A stretch of 64,000 nucleotides of DNA from Eutreptiella sp. 'Long Island Sound 2002' (Eukaryota; Protista; Euglenida). Where the stretch lies: contig OZ038378.1 in the NCBI GenBank assembly GCA_964036045.1, forward strand, positions 47,554,001 to 47,618,000. The letters run 5' to 3'. Shown here one piece after another: positions 49,945 to 62,125 of this stretch. Made by a program: the position numbers and the translations under genes. Below the pieces are notes generated by a model. That model searched no databases, was not told the origin of the DNA, and worked only from the letters and a program-made list of their open reading frames with translations. The number at the start of each line of letters is the position of its first letter. Position 1 is the stretch's first letter.

Positions 49945-51135
49945 TCAAGTACCGGGTCCTGGTGGCAATTGTTAGGCATCCAAAGGACCCGATAACCAAT
50001 ACCAGGCGCGCCGCGTGCTGGCTGCAACGGTCACCACCACAGAGGCAGTGGCATACACCGCCAACATAGGCGTCACGCGACCACCGAGGTGGTCCCATGA
50101 GTCGAGAGCATACACGGAGATCTGTCAGGATGGCCCAGGCTTTCCAAGGCCGCAGACTGCATGAGACTCCCCATTGTTCCTTCTGAGGGCGCACCATGTC
50201 CATATCCAGGACGGGAGTCCTGAGTGGTAAAGCCGCACGAGCTCATCCATGAGGGATCGGGCATCAAGGCCATCTTCTCCCTCGCCCCATTACTACAAAA
50301 GCCATGCATCGGGGAGTCCGCATGCAGTCTTGGCGGAGGTGTCGACTCCTCAAAGCACCAGTTTCCCAGGCATACTGACCGCGGTCAGGACACCGAAGGT
50401 CACCACCGGACTGCGGAGGCAAGTCCGCAGGCTCACACTGGGACTGACAGTGGCGGACCGCTGGGAGTTCACTTCAGGCAACTGGGCATTCAGCCCGCCG
50501 CCCTCAGGATCTCAGCCACAGGCATGGACACACGGTATCACAGGCACCATCTGTACTTAAGTACTGGACCATAAGTAATGGAATGTACGTGCCGAGCTTG
50601 GTTGCCTCCGTATGTCGGTTCGAGTCCCTTATGGGGACAACCTGTAGCTCTGTAGTAGTCCAGCGGGACTGTGTGGACACGTACATGGCGATTCTCAGTA
50701 TGATACATGGTTCCTGAGATGACTGAGGTATTGTGTCAGCGAAAACAGGCCAAGGCAGTGATGCGAGAGTAAAAGCAGCAAGAGATGACACACATCCAGG
50801 ACGGCAGAGCAATGATATAGCACAGGTCAAAAGGCATGCAAACACACTCGGCATGGATTGCCAAACCATGCCCCGGTCGGGATATGGCGTCGTCAGGAGG
50901 AGCGGGGAGACAAATGCCCGAAGGTCAGCAACTCACACACACTCGACCACGATCTGGATCCAGGAATTTGCCATGGGGCGAGATCACACACTGATTGGCA
51001 GTGTCGATGGCGGCCACACCAGTTGCGCAATGTGTATTGGGCATCAAAGTCCCCAGAGCTCAGAAAAAAGAAGGGGTCAGTCGCCCCACCTGGTTTCCCA
51101 AGGATGCTTGAGGAGGGGGAGTGACATACGATAGG
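49945..51135. repeat. Dispersed repeat, copy 2 (see 25400-26320)
   Basis: Same homology blocks, with the two parts in opposite relative orientation. Confidence 0.8.
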
Positions 51136-51282
51136 TGACAGTCGGAACGGTGGAGGCAGGCCACCTGTCCACTTGACTTCCACCGGATATAGAAATCAGG
51201 GGTGTAGCCATCTGCTCGGGCTCCTGGCCTTGGCATGGGAGGTGGTTACACCTGGCTTTCCATGCATTCAGCTCGGGAGGGT

Positions 51283-52043
51283 AGTAAGAAAAAGTCACTA
51301 CGAAGTCTTTCTTCGGATATTTGATCCAGGCCAACCCCACGTCAAACCTTGGGTTGATGTTGAGACTAACACTTAATCATTTATATCACTCTTTTGAAGC
51401 TTGAAGTACACCTTCTCAAAGTAACCAGGGTTATAACCCTAGCCCGCCATGAATGTCACCCCTAGGACTCAACTGAGCGGAGGTATCTTCCTTCATGGAA
51501 GTAATATCGAAACAAAGTAGGCACTTCTTGCCTAGGGCCTTGTAGGCTAAGCCTAGTGGGCCCCCACCTCAAGACCCCTATACCCAATTGTTTCTATCAC
51601 TTATTGTGGTTCTACGTTTCAACTCATTCTGAATTCAGTTGCTTGGTCATGCTGGCCAAGTGATATCCTGTGTCTGGCCCAACTCCTTTGCCCCAGATTC
51701 CTAACCAACTCCATTGAATCCAAAAGAGTGCATATGAAGTTCTTGGTACTATCTTGAGGACCTGAGTCATGTCAGGTTTCTCACACAAAATCATCTATTT
51801 TGATTATAAAACATTCGATCTGCGTATTTAGATCTACTCTTGTTTGTCTACAGCCCCTCTTTGCTACGTATGCTTTGAAGTGGAGGGATTATCACCTGAC
51901 TTTCATTTGGATCCGGTATTAGGGCTGCTTTGTACCTGTCCGTTGTCATTTTGCAGTTTGGGAAGGTCCAACAAGGTTTTCATCAATCAAAACCAACAAG
52001 CAGGAACACCAACACAGGCAAGGCAAACCAGAATACCTTTTCT
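51283..52043. mobile_element. Second copy of the ~760-bp insertion family
   Basis: Reverse-complement match to 43970-44728. Ends are AGTAAGAAAA... and ...TTTTCT. Confidence 0.7.
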
Positions 52044-52583
52044 GGTAGCAGCGCGCAGTCCCACAAGCAGAGCGAAAGCAGGTCGAGTAACACAACACCT
52101 TCTCCATGTCCGTCACTCTGAGTGCAAAAGCCCTGCCAATATTTTGGGCGTTTTTTGGCACCTTCCGCATTATTATCTTGGGTAAAGGGCAGGCACGGGC
52201 ACAAATCATTGCTCGCCTAGCCTCACAGGGCACTAGGGACAAACTTGATCAATTTGAAACCTCGTGACACCACAAGGACATCATCGAAATCACCGTTTAT
52301 GGCCCAAAAGTGGCAAAAATGGGCAAAAATGGTCGTATTTTGGGTCTATCTGGACATCCGGTAATGCAATCGACGCGATTTCAATACAGCAACTAGATAA
52401 CGTCATATTTTACGGATTGCGCTATCTAAATCGGGGCAGATGCGCACAGATTTGGCACAAATTACCAAAACCTCGGCAAAATTGGGTTGCGGCGGGCCGT
52501 AAATCGCGATCGCGGCAGTTTTTGGACGGTTCAGTTACGGGATTCTGGTACCTCATAAACTCCTAGGTGTTAGGTCCGAACCA

Positions 52584-54790
52584 ATGGCGGAACCTGTTGC
52601 AGGGCCTTCCAGGGCACCATCCCTGAGTGGGGTATGTACAAGAGACGTCATCCCTCGAGCACCTGGCACTCGTGGAGAGCACAGAGCAAGAGGGGCGAAA
52701 AAAGGAACCAGTTTAGAAGGATCTCGTTCGAGCGGCGAGATGCCTGGCTTAACGCGGGTAAATCTCCAACGCCTCGAAGGCAAAGACCCCGTGGCCGCCG
52801 CATTAGCTTCCGTGGTGTCCTCATTGCCCCAATCTGAATCATGTCCTACTCCTGATTTCGAAGAGATGGCCAAAGTAGCCAATACTAACGTCAAAGCCTG
52901 GAGGAGAGCGGCCAGGAAAGGCAAGGGGAAGGAGACGGCTATGATGGGCCCCATGTTTGGACCAAAGTAAAGAGAGGAGTTCGAGATACCTTATGGCAAA
53001 AGCCCTGCGTTGTCGTCGGCCCACTCATCAGAGTGGGAGCCCGACTGGATATCCAGGGAACCTACAACCACGAAGGAAGCTGTATGCATGGAGCGAGAAC
53101 CCTCTCCACGCGCTCCAGAGCCCGTATGCATAGAGCGAGGTTTGCTCCCACGCATGGCAGCCCCCAAGCTCGACCTCGATGAGACCATGGAGCTGCTCTC
53201 CCGGGTCCTGGGTGCAGGCGAAGAAGACCTTGATCTGAGTGCCTTGTCAGCAGCACTGAAGGCAAAACTGGGGCTCTCAGGTTTGAAGAAGCCCCCCCCC
53301 CTACCATGTCCCCTGGTGTGGAACTATTAACCAGGGATGTGAAGAGCTGCAGAGGCATCTGCAGCTCCCCAATGGACACCTGTCATATCTCTTTCCACCC
53401 TCGTGTGAGGACTGTGGCTGTCTGCAGTGTAGGTGACACCACAGAGGCTGAGATAAAAGGCTATAGCCTGGCAGCACTGGTGCCACTGGCCACAGTGTAC
53501 CCCTCACCCCCTTCAGGTGGAGCAGGGGACCCAGGTGTTCGAGGTAGGCGAACGAAGGCCATTGCTATGGCGAACGTTCAGATCGAACTCCCCAAATTTA
53601 GTCTCAACAATCTGCCCCAGTGGGCTGAGGAGTTTTCCGAGTTTTTGCTCCTCATGGGTGAGCAACATGCTGATGTCCGGACCAAATGCACAATCATCCA
53701 AAAGTCGTTGAAGAAGTAATTCCTCCAGCAGCAAGTCAAGACCACTATCAGAAAGAGCTCCAACTGGGGCGACTTCCTGAAAAGACTGCAGCCAATGTAT
53801 CCAGTCTACGAAACGGACATGAGTGTCCGAACGGAGATTGAGGAGTTGCCTCCTCTCCCCGAATTCCACACAGCTGCCCGCATCTCCGAGTTCGTTGCGC
53901 AGCTAGAAGACCTCATGGGGCGTATGAACACCTCATCCTATGGGCCTACTGAGCCTCATCGGTGGCTTGTGAGGAAGATTCCTACCAGGACATGGGAGAA
54001 CTGCAGAGAGATGTCCGAGAGGAAATCTCGGACGCACTCTTACGGTGACCCAATTGACCTGTTGATCAAATTGGCCATGGAGAGGGAGAATGACTCCCAC
54101 ATGGACAAGTATCTGCGCAAGCATCTGCGAGGGGAGACCCCTGCTGAGAAGGCTCATGAAGGGAGGTTGCCTCAACCCCACTGTAACCCTGGTAAGGGCT
54201 ATGATCGGCAGCTGAAGCACATGACTGAGACCCCCCCCTCCAAAGTTAAATGGCCCCGAAATCTTTTCTACTGTCGTCCTACGGACGATAAAGGTGGACC
54301 CTGCCACGCGCCCGACTGTGATGGGCGCGGTGCCTGCATGCTCCAACTGAAGCGCACGCAGGAAACCAAGGATGGCCAGGAGGTGAAGCACCAAGACCAT
54401 TTCCGCTGCACTATAATGTGCGGAATTTGCGGCAAAAAGAGGCATCATGAGGATGAATGCCACATAAAAAACCGCCAGTCCGAAAAACTAAAAAAAGTGG
54501 AAGAAGATCGGCGTAAGAACGCCGGTAAGGGTGTTCAACCTGAAGCGGGGGGCCCTAACCTTAGAGGTTATAAGGGTGAGGGTAAACCTGGTGGAGGACG
54601 AAGGTCCTCAGCCCCCTGCACTGGTGGAAGAGGAGCACCCAACCCCACACCTAACGGTGAGCCGTCCGGTGAAAAACGGCCTGCACCATCCACCCAAGCG
54701 CTGGTGGTGCCCACAAGAGCAGCGAGAACGCCAAACAGTGCCGCCTCGACTGGCACTCTAAGTGCCTGCAGGCCACTCGGGTTGAAGTGA
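52584..54790 (+). pseudogene. Gag of an LTR retrotransposon with CCHC zinc knuckle
   Basis: ORFs 52584-52970, 53010-53330, 53306-53719 and 53795-54790 join across stops and frameshifts. Capsid-like IELPKF...QWAEEF...ISEFVAQLEDL, and a perfect C-x2-C-x4-H-x4-C knuckle CGICGKKRHHEDEC (~54418-54459). Confidence 0.8.
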
Positions 54791-54834
54791 AGTTCCCTGA
54801 AGAGGGATAAGGGGGCGGCTCCGAGGATGAGGAT

Positions 54835-55170
54835 GTGGTTTGCTGGATCACCGTAGAAACTGGTGATCAAGTTTACAAGGCTATCGCAGACACGTGCTCT
54901 ACGCTTTCAATCTTGGCCCGCAGAATGCTGAAGCAAGCCAAGATCAATAAAACCAAAACCGCGGCCATAAGGGTTGGGGATGGTCGCATCATCAATTCCC
55001 TGGGAGGGGTCGATGTGATTGTCTGTCTGGGCGGTGAGCAGGAGACTCAGCACTGCAAAGTGCTCGACACCGACGGCTTTGACATTGTCCTAGGCAAAGA
55101 TTTTCTGCGCTCTAACCCCCAGGTGAAACTCTTGTCTTTGCAACGTCCCTATGCCCTTCACTGCGACTTT
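54835..55170 (+). pseudogene. Retropepsin-type aspartic protease
   Basis: AIADTCSTLS (D at 54889; the canonical DTG Gly is replaced by Cys) and FDIVLGKDFL. Confidence 0.85.
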
Positions 55171-55249
55171 GGCAGTGGCCTTTTCTCTGTACCTCGAGAG
55201 CTGTCAGGACGGAAAGAACCCGGTCTACGCTACGTGAACCGGCCTTATC

Positions 55250-55435
55250 GAACTGGAAACTATCTGTTGGTCTGGCCCGTGTTGAGAAATGGACTGGCCG
55301 CCCTGCAGGTAGACCTGAATGAACTTGAGGTGGAATTGTTCGCGAGTAAGGAGCAGCATATGATGCAGCTCTATTGCTCGCGGTATCTCAATTGGAGATT
55401 GATGAAGTTGTGCTATGCTAATCCCGCATTCTCGG
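55250..55435 (+). pseudogene. Dam-like N6-adenine methyltransferase-fold domain in frame after the protease, truncated
   Basis: VELFAS (55330-55347, SAM-binding D/E-LFAS motif), LYCSRYLN, W, and YANPAFS (55414-55434, NPPF/Y-like catalytic motif), in the same ORF as the protease. Unrelated sequence follows 55435. Confidence 0.7.
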
Positions 55436-55859
55436 AAGGTTTTTATGAGTCTTTCAGCTTTTATTGTGCCTCTCCTGCTGCTTGCTGCTGGTGTAGGGTT
55501 CCTGCTGCTTGTTTTTGATGGAGAAAATGTTTCGCTGGTGAAATACAACCAATACAGGATAACCTAAGCCAGAGATGAGCACGTAGAAGCCGAACAGGAT
55601 CAAAGCATGAGGGGCTGCAGTCAGAAAAGAGTTAGATACTAAGTATATCAACAATGGACTACAGCAATAGACAATCAATGCAACCTGGATCAAAATATTT
55701 CACATGATTGAGAAAAACTGATTGGAAAACTGCCCCAAGGGCTCACACTCCATATAGTGCCATCCTGAGATGTGCCCTCTTTGTTTTTGGTCCCATAGGT
55801 GCTGAGGTGGCATGGCTTGTGGCGCTGAGGGCCCTGCCATGTCACATGGGATAATCCTA

Positions 55860-55948
55860 CTTAGCTAGGCTGACTGGGGTTCGAACCCAGGACCTCTCAA
55901 AAAGAGGTGCCACAGCCCCCTAGGCTGCATACCACTAGGATAGCTAAG
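55860..55948 (-). ncRNA. tRNA-like structure (SINE head or tRNA pseudogene)
   Basis: Minus strand: CTTAGCTA T CCTAG-TGGTATGCAGC-CTAGG GGGCTGTGGC ACCTC-TTTTTGA-GAGGT C CTGGG-TTCGAAC-CCCAG TCAGCC TAGCTAAG. Four stems, an A-box-like CTAGTGG and a B box GGTTCGAACC, but non-canonical spacers. Confidence 0.45.
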
Positions 55949-58527
55949 CATGCATGAGAAAACATAGAAAAATGTATAAGCTCTGGATCAATGTCAGCGC
56001 CTCAGTCAGTCCAGTAAATGGTGTAAAAGATCAATCAGTTGGGGGGTCAGGGGTCCACAAAAACTCCAAAGTTTAATGCTTGGCTTTATAAGTCAAAATG
56101 TCTTGTCCCCCCTTTTTGGATAGGCCAATACTAAGATAAAAATGAGTGTTACCTCTAGGACTCTTTGTGACAACTAAAGCTAACCTTTTGGCAGGGAAAT
56201 ACGCTTTTTCTTACTCGCCCCTTGTGCTGTGGTGGCCACCACCGCCGCATCTTAAAGGAAAGAGGGAACTTTTCTTGGCCTCCCAATGGCTTCAACATTT
56301 ATTTAAAACTTCCTATAACATCCCTAACATTTAAGAGAAGGCGTTGCATCAGGGCAGTCGCCAGGTTCCGCTGAGTCATAAAAGACACCCACAGCTCCAG
56401 CTGCGCTCATTGGCGTCGCTGGGGCAGCCGTGGTTTGGTAGGGGGTTAGAATGGGCATGCCAATTCATATGCGCTCAGCCCTCTCCCTCCAATTGGCGAA
56501 ACGCAGTGCAATACGCAATACCCAACGCTGGATATGATCAGTGCACGCTGTCTGGGGTCTCAATGAACCTGCTGTAATACCTGATCTGTCCTTAGTGCGT
56601 TGAAAATTACTTTACCCTCATTGGGGTTTGAGATTCAGGACAGTGGTCCAGGAGTCAGCTTTTCGGCCTGAACACGGCCTACACCACTGTTTGCGCTCCA
56701 GGATATCTGCAGAGAAAGGACGAAGGGTTGAGGGACTGACAGGCACGCAACGATCGACGCAAGCACCCAAAACCGTCAAAGGACGGCCTAGAATTTTTCT
56801 GACGCCACACACCTGTCCAGAATGCTCATGTGCATTAAATGCAAATTTTTGCGAAATGTTTTTTCATAACAGGAATTTTTGAATTCCTGGATTTACATGC
56901 AGAGAAATGCGGCGCGCCGGAGCGCATCCTAATTGGGCGCCGGAAAATACAAAAATAATGAGATTATAACAGTATGTCACGTAACAATAACAAAATGACG
57001 AGAGACACAATGAATAATAAACGTAGGAATTCCACATTTCCTTCCAGGAGCAATGGGGAAGAATGAACTCAAGAAAATCAAAATGATTTCAAAGAACAAG
57101 GTGAAAACATACAGGTCTTGTTTGCTTCGTATGCAGCATGCACACTGTTTGTCTCGTGTCATCGTGATCGTGCAGTGTAGCAGCGGAAACATAGAATAGA
57201 GGGACGGATTAGAAGTTTGCAAGATGATTAGAGTTGAGATTAGGGAGAAACAGATGGCCTTCGGCCAAGGAGTGGTTGTCATGGGGGGCCAACGGTCCCA
57301 TCCTGCGATGCAACGCGGGTCAACAATGACAACTGCTCTTACACACCAACCTCCCCTTTTTGTAGCACTGATTAGTACATACAAACGTGTGCATAAGGGC
57401 TTGCTACGCTTCTGTTTCGTGTCCTTTCCCTCTTGCTCTCTCTCTCCAGCGGCAGGTAAGGTGAGTAAGCCCAGTAGGGCCCACCCCCTGGTTGAGTTCA
57501 TGATTGAGAGTGGTACGGATTGTTGAAAATGAGATGATAAAAATAGGCGCTTGGAACCTTCGTGCATGCTCCTGCATTCACATGGCGCATTAAAGAGTAG
57601 GCCACGCGTGGTGCGCACGGTAAAACCCTTGTTTAGGGCACCCAGGGGCTCCATCCTACGTTCTTAAAGAGAACGGGTGGAGTTCCTTACGCTTCCTTGC
57701 TTGTACTAAGGTTCAGGAACAGGGTATTATGGGGCAGCCTGAGAAGCGTATAATACGTGGAGGCTGTCTTGGGCCCCTCAGTCTTGAACCTCAGTCATTG
57801 GCCTTTGCTTTACAGGTGGGAAGGTCAGGGTGAATTGGTGCAGCTGCAGTTGCCTTTGGCGACTTTTGAATTTTTTGCCCAAGCTAAAACGGGCGCTGAT
57901 CACACAAGCAACAAACTGCCCCTCAGCCAGGAGTGGCGAGGGCAGTCCGACCTCTTCAGCATCCACGCTGTGCAGGCAACCTGAGCACTCCTTCCCTCCA
58001 AGCCCTATCAGGGAAACGCGTTGTGGCGTCCCTGCTAGGCCACAGTCGCTTAGTAGCGCTGTGCTTTCTGGTCCCTTTCACAGGCAGGCCTCTAGGGCCT
58101 TTGACATCCTCGTCAACAACCCCAAGTAGCGTCTGGGTGTAGGAGTGGCAAACCAGGGTGAGGGCTTGGGCCTCAGAGCCTGCTCATCCTTCGATGACTG
58201 GTGCCACTATAGTGAGTGTAGGACCTGTAGTGTGTGTGTCACTGTCCCACCTGTTTCCTGAAATTTCATCAGGGTTTTGGTGGGCAGTGGCAGTGGTTAG
58301 TCCAGGTCTTCGCCATCGTAGCAAACAGGGGTTTTCACGCCTCATAGCTTTTGGCCACCCGTCCCCTGTAAAAGGCAGGTAGGTAGGAAAACAATACCTG
58401 GACACACGTGCTGGGTATTCCTGAAAGGTTTTGCGACATCACAGAAAATGGGCGCTTAGGGGCGGAGAGACCCGGGGGCGTACCCCGTGGCACCGGTAAG
58501 ACATCCGCTGGGTTCAGCAAGGGTGCA

Positions 58528-58796
58528 GAGGTAGGTAGGCAGGTATCTTCGGGAGTTCGGGATGCCTCCTTTGACATTGCAGGAACAAGGTCTTACCATG
58601 GGGACGTCCTGTCCCTCCCACTGCCCTATGTCAGGTGCCTCTTGAGCCGCTCCCGCATGTGCTTGGGAAGGCATTGTCGCGGCCACCCGGTCCATGTGTC
58701 CCAGGTGGGAGGGTGTCCCCACATGTGTCCATGGGTAGGGCCACATGCCCCCTCCTCTGGGCGGCAGCTCTGGGGGATGCCCAGCCGTGTGGAGTA
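58528..58796 (-). mobile_element. Second copy of the 263-bp (ACCT)n-tailed element
   Basis: Reverse-complement match to 45624-45886, starting at GTAGGTAGG. Another GGTAGGTAGG lies near 58378. Confidence 0.8.
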
Positions 58797-59099
58797 TCTC
58801 TCACCACAAGGGGTATTGCTCCCGCTAGTCTACGGTACGACCGCCTCACCCTTGTGGCTTGAGTTGCGGGGCCACTCTGCTTGGCAGGCGACCCCCTCCT
58901 GGACTGTGTACCGGCTCGCCTGTCACCAGTTGCTTCCATGGCTCCGGGTGACGTTTGCCATGGTCCCCGATGCAGCCTGGCCGGGCTCGGACCAGTGGTC
59001 TTGGAGTACCGCTCCTGCCACTGGCCCGGTGGGTCGGCTGGGTCGCCCCAGTGCGTCCGACCCATGGGGTGTTGGTCTTTCCTGTCCCTCGGCCGCCCT

Positions 59100-61620
59100 A
59101 CGTGTGTGCAGTGTCCTGGGCTGCTTGGCTCCTGTTCATCGGTGTGCCCGCGCGGTTTGCTGTGTTGCGTCTGCGGTGTCCTAGGCAACTTGGCTCCTGT
59201 TCACCGGTGTGCTCGCTCGGTGTGTTGTGTTGCGTGTGCGGTGTCCTGGGCCACTTGGCTCCCGTTCACCGGTGTGCGCGCTGTGTGCGGTGCGCGTGTC
59301 TGTGGGCCTGCGTGTTTGCCTTCTGCTCTCCCCGCGGTCTCTTCCTCTGCCTTTCCCTTGCTCCTCTCTTTTCGCTGGCTTGTTTTGCTTTTTTTTTTCG
59401 GGGGGGGGATGGCTTCGGTGCTGTGCGTGGTTGTGGGTGTGTGCCGGTGCCGGTGCTGGTGTGGGCGTGGGTGTCGCCGGGGACGGGGGTCAGGTGGCTG
59501 TTGCGCTCTGGGTTCCCTGTGTGTGCGCCGGCCCCCAGGCTTCCGGTTTCCGGGGCGCCGGTCCGGGGGGTGCTGACGGCGGGCGGTTGGCGGCAGTGGT
59601 GGCGTGGCGCTTGCCTGGGTGGTCGCGGCTCCTGGGTAGTGCTTGGGTGGCGTGGCCGGGCGCGGGCGTGCGTGTGGGTGTGTTCATGGCGTGGGCTGAT
59701 GGGGTGGTGGGCAGTGTGGGCGTGGCTGGTTTGTGTGGGTGTCGGGTATGTGTGCGCCGAAGAGGCGGTGGGTTGGGCTGGGGCACCGTGGGCGATGGAA
59801 TGGGTGGAGGAGATGCTGGTGACGCCTACGGGTGGGGTGCTGTAGGTGTCGAAACGGGTTGGTGTTGTTGACGTGGGTGCTTCAGGTGATGCGCCGGGCG
59901 GCGACGGGGTTGGTGACGCTGATGGTGTCATAGCCAACGTGGCGGGCGCTGGGGGGGGCCTGCGGCTCCGGTGGTCGCTGTAGGTGGTGCAGTGGGTGGT
60001 GGCATAACTGGTGATGTTGGCGGTCAGGGTGCTGCAGGTGACGTCGATGGTGAGGGCGCTGCGGGTGATGTCATGGGTGGTGGCGATGTTGATGTGGGCG
60101 TTGCAGGTGGTGTGCCGGCTGGTCGCGCCGCTGGTACTGTCCTTGCGTAGGGTGGTGCTGGGGGTGCGGTGGGCGGTGGTGTCGTCGGTGGTGCCGATGG
60201 TGAGGGTGACGCAGGCGATGCATCGGGTGACGGTGAGGCCGGTGTGTGCCGTAGGTGACGCGTTGGGAACGGGTGGTGGGGGGCTGGAGGGGGGGTTGCC
60301 GTTGGTGCAACGGGCGATGGTGGTGTTGGTGCCGCAGGTGGTGGATCGGGTGATGGTGTTGTTGCTGATGCCGACGAGGTGGTTTGTCTGCCTGTCTGCC
60401 CGTGGAGTCGGTGCCGGCGTTGGGCGGTTGCCTGTGCGTGTGGTGGTGGCGGTGGGGGTCGGTGCGCCGGGCGCTTGGTGGGCTTGGTTGGGTGAGGGTG
60501 CGCGTGTTGGTGTGTACTTGGTGCGGGTTGCGGGGGTTCTGTGGGCGGCGGGTGCGCTGTTGCCGTGCGTGTGGCGGTTTATGTTGTCGGGTGGAGCGTG
60601 GCCGGCGTGTGCTTTGCGTGGATGGTGTGGGGTCTGGTCGGCGTGGGTGGTGTCGGTGTGGGTGTTTGCGGTTGGGTGCTGGTTGTGGGCGTGTTGTCCG
60701 CGCCGTGTGGTCGGGCGTGATGGTGGTGCCGTTGGCGACGTCGATGGTGACAGTGCTGCAGGTGATAAGGGTGGGACGGCGACGCTGGCGGTCGCTGGTT
60801 AGGGTGCTGTGAGTGGTGTTGAGCGTGGGGTTGTTGCAGGTGTGGTGCGGGGTGGATGGTGGTGTGCCTGGCAACGGCGTCGTGAGTGCTGTCGCGGGGG
60901 AGGGTGTTGTTGGTGATGCTTTGGGTGGCGGTGCCGCCGGTGAGAGGCTGGCGGAGAGGAGAGGGCGGTAGTGCGGCCGGCCGCAATGTTGGGTTCTTCG
61001 GTGTGGGTGGTCAGCCGGAGGTGGGTGCGGCTGGTGGTGTGGCGCTCGGTGTGTGTGGCCTGTGCTGGGTATCTTAGGTGCGCTTGTTGGTGCCGGTGTG
61101 TTGATGGCGGCGGTTTGTCCGCCTTTCTGCCCGTGGAGTTGGTGCCGGCGTTGGGTGGCTGCCTGTGTGCGGTTTGTGCCGTTATGTCTGGCGGTGGTGG
61201 TCAGGGGGTCGGTGCGCTGGGCGCTTGGTGGGCGTGGTTGGGTGCGGGTGTGCGCGTGGACGTGTACTTGGTGGGCAGCTTGTGTTGTCTGATGGTGCGT
61301 GGCTGGTGTATGCTCTGCGTGGATGGTGCCGGTGTGGGTGCTTGGGGTTGGGTGCTGGATGTGGGTGCGTCACCTGCGCGGTGTGGTCGGGCGTGATGGT
61401 GGACTCTCTGACGTGTGTGGCCGGCTGGTGGCGGGTGTGGTGGGGCCGGTGTGGGCTGGGTGGTGGTGGTGGTTGTGGCTGGACTGCTTGGTGGTTGTGA
61501 TGTCGGTGGGCGGCCCTGAAGATGGGCCTTGAGTGTGTGGTGGCGGGTGGGCGTGTATGGTGGTGGTGATCGTGTGTCATTGCGGGTGGTGTTGGGTGTG
61601 GTACCGTTGGGCGTGTGGTT
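59100..61620. repeat. G/T-skewed low-complexity region with internal duplications
   Basis: Very A-poor plus strand with GGT/GTG motifs. Block 60380-60730 is duplicated at 61110-61410. About three degenerate copies of the 65-bp unit at 59100-59290. Confidence 0.85.
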
Positions 61621-61720
61621 TGCGATAACTGCGCACTCACCCCTCCGGATGGCGCGGGTCCGGTGGTCCGGTAGCCCGTCTGGCAGGCAGTGCGTGCCTG
61701 CCGGGTGCCCACGCGTCCCT

Positions 61721-62125
61721 CCGGACGGCGGCTGTTCCGTAGCCGGCAGGGGCTGGGTTCACTGCCGGGCGCACACACGTCCCTCCGGACGGCGGCTGTT
61801 TCGTAGCCGGCAGGGGCTGGGTTCACCGCCGGGCGCGCACACGTCTGTCATGACGGCGGCTGTTTCGTAGCTGGCAGAGGCTGGGTTCACTGCCGGGCGC
61901 ACACACGTCCATCCGGACGGCGGCTGGTTCGTAGCCGGCAGGGGCTGGGTTCACTGCCGGGCGCACACACGTCCGTCCGGACGGCGGCTGGTTCGTAGCC
62001 GGCAGGGGCTGGGTTCACTGCCGGGCGCACACACGTCCGTCCGGACGGCGGCTGTTTTGTAGCCGGCAGGGGTTGGGTACCCTGCCGGGCGCACACACGT
62101 CCATCCAGACGGCGGCTGTTGCGCT
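61721..62125. repeat. Tandem array, 64-bp unit, 6 copies plus a partial
   Basis: Units start at 61721, 61785, 61849, 61913, 61977, 62041 and 62105. Consensus CCGGACGGCGGCTGTTTCGTAGCCGGCAGGGGCTGGGTTCACTGCCGGGCGCACACACGTCC(C/G/A)T. Confidence 0.95.

Noticed and set aside
52549-52566. TGGTACC... as a primer-binding site for the plus-strand LTR element
   Set aside because: Does not match the tRNA-iMet PBS I know (TGGTATCAGAGC) and no paired LTR could be defined.
56977-57654. 225-aa minus-strand ORF
   Set aside because: No recognisable domain and an unusual composition; not supportable.
59266-61400. Long Thr/Pro/His-rich or Val/Gly-rich ORFs
   Set aside because: Produced by the G/T skew; no coding signature.
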